Positions 35,194 through 36,199 of a stretch of 36,199 bases of DNA are shown here, in pieces; position 1 is the first letter of the stretch; each line of letters begins with the position of its first letter. A program made the translations under genes and the position numbers. The stretch is from Hydrogenothermaceae bacterium (GTDB lineage: Bacteria > Aquificota > Aquificia > Aquificales > Hydrogenothermaceae). The DNA lies in contig JBBFMH010000001.1 of assembly GCA_037478615.1 (NCBI GenBank), positions 1 to 36,199 of the forward strand. Reading direction: 5' to 3'. The notes below the pieces were generated by a model. That model was not told the DNA's origin, made no database searches, and saw only the letters and a list, made by a program, of their open reading frames with translations.

Positions 35194-35203
35194 GTCAAAC
35201 CTC

Positions 35204-36199
35204 CTAAAAAAATTTAATTTTTTCTAAATCAGATACTATTTCTGTGAAAACTTTATATCTATTTGATGGGTTTTTATGGATCATTTTTAACAGAAAACCA
35301 TCGAAAAATTTTGGTAATGTAGTATTAATTTCTGAAGGCTTCAAAGGTAAAGGTTCATAGTAAATTTCTAAAATGTGTGGTCTTGAGTAAGGATTTTTTC
35401 CTGTTAAATTTTTATATAGCTGAAAACCGAATCCAAATATCTCTTCCTCTTCACAAGATTTATCTAGTACTAATTCATTTAACTCTAATCTTATATATGG
35501 AAACTTTACTTTTACAAAATTATTAAAAATAAGAAAAAACCTAAGAGCGTCTTTTGATAACCTTGATAGAACTCTTTTATAGAAACTTTCAAAACTTTCA
35601 TCTCTTTCCTTTAAACGGATATACTCTTTTATCAACTCTTCAACATAAAACTGAACCTCATCTAAATTTATAGACTTTAATAAAAGTTTACCTTCTTCCG
35701 ATTCATTCGTTAGAGTTCCTCCATAATAGATATCAACACCAAGAAGAGTATCTTCTCCTTTTTTAAATTTTACTCCTACAAATCCGATGTCTCCCAACCC
35801 ATGAAGTCCACAACCTTTTCCACAACCAGACCAATACATCCGGATTTTTGCGTGAGATGAATCTAATGGATAGGTAGATGTTAAATAATCTGCTAATTTA
35901 ATAGCATCTGGTTTATTTGGTATTACACCGAAAGGACAGTGTTCTGTTCCTGCACAAGCAACAAGATCATTGAAGTAAGGAGAGTGTATATTTTTATATT
36001 TTTGAAATATAGGGTATGATAAAAGTTTACTGATATTATCTTTTGGTACTCCTAAAATATATAAATTTTGAGATACTGTTAATCTGATTTCCCCTATCCC
36101 GAATGTTTTAGAAAGTTCCGCAATTTCTAACATATCACTTCCAGAAAATATTCCTGCCGGAATAACCATATGAAGAGCAAAAGTTCCATCTTTCAAAAG
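35204..36199 (-). CDS. nirA: ferredoxin-nitrite/sulfite reductase-type hemoprotein, 5'-partial, with an unusual C-terminal extension
   Basis: Siroheme/[4Fe-4S] Cys signature CAGTEHCPFG ... SGCGKGCG. The ORF is open to the window edge; the track's M at 36196 is a TTG codon. See the first finding for the C-terminal tail. Confidence 0.8.
   Translation of the reverse strand, partial: LLKDGTFALHMVIPAGIFSGSDMLEIAELSKTFGIGEIRLTVSQNLYILGVPKDNISKLLSYPIFQKYKNIHSPYFNDLVACAGTEHCPFGVIPNKPDAIKLADYLTSTYPLDSSHAKIRMYWSGCGKGCGLHGLGDIGFVGVKFKKGEDTLLGVDIYYGGTLTNESEEGKLLLKSINLDEVQFYVEELIKEYIRLKERDESFESFYKRVLSRLSKDALRFFLIFNNFVKVKFPYIRLELNELVLDKSCEEEEIFGFGFQLYKNLTGKNPYSRPHILEIYYEPLPLKPSEINTTLPKFFDGFLLKMIHKNPSNRYKVFTEIVSDLEKIKFF

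Overview
This is a gene-dense (about 95% coding), AT-rich chromosomal window. The K/E/I-rich proteins and the fused NuoCD suggest a thermophilic, Aquificota-like bacterium, but that is inference only. I support 42 protein genes, one tRNA-Gly(GCC), a few promoters and one terminator, and a few inverted repeats that I treat as candidate regulatory sites. The content runs as follows. (1) A nuoCD-nuoI-midA-membrane protein operon. (2) A gcvH/ACT-protein/def/tlyA/lysR operon. (3) A six-gene arsenic operon: Cys-rich protein, arsR, thioredoxin-like protein, DUF318 permease, arsC, arsB. (4) Housekeeping genes: an endonuclease III-like gene, suhB, pgk, guaB, valS, argG, lpxC, rdgB, ruvC, yebC. (5) An OppF-like ATPase followed by two CNNM/CorC paralogs. 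(6) A moeB/thiF-tusA-dsrE-dsrF-dsrH-pdxA operon. (7) A nitrate-assimilation cluster, nirA-narK-narB-sirC, truncated at the right edge. I saw no CRISPR array, transposase, integrase, rRNA or recognisable defence system. Four candidates look most promising for something undescribed. First, a NirA-type nitrite reductase whose in-frame C-terminal tail looks like a kinase C-lobe. Second, an E1-like adenylyltransferase coupled to a TusA/DsrEFH persulfide relay. Third, an unrecognised six-cysteine protein heading the ars operon behind a perfect 22-bp palindrome. Fourth, a MidA/NDUFAF7 methyltransferase translationally coupled to nuoCD-nuoI. All functional calls come from motif recognition by eye. No database search was run.
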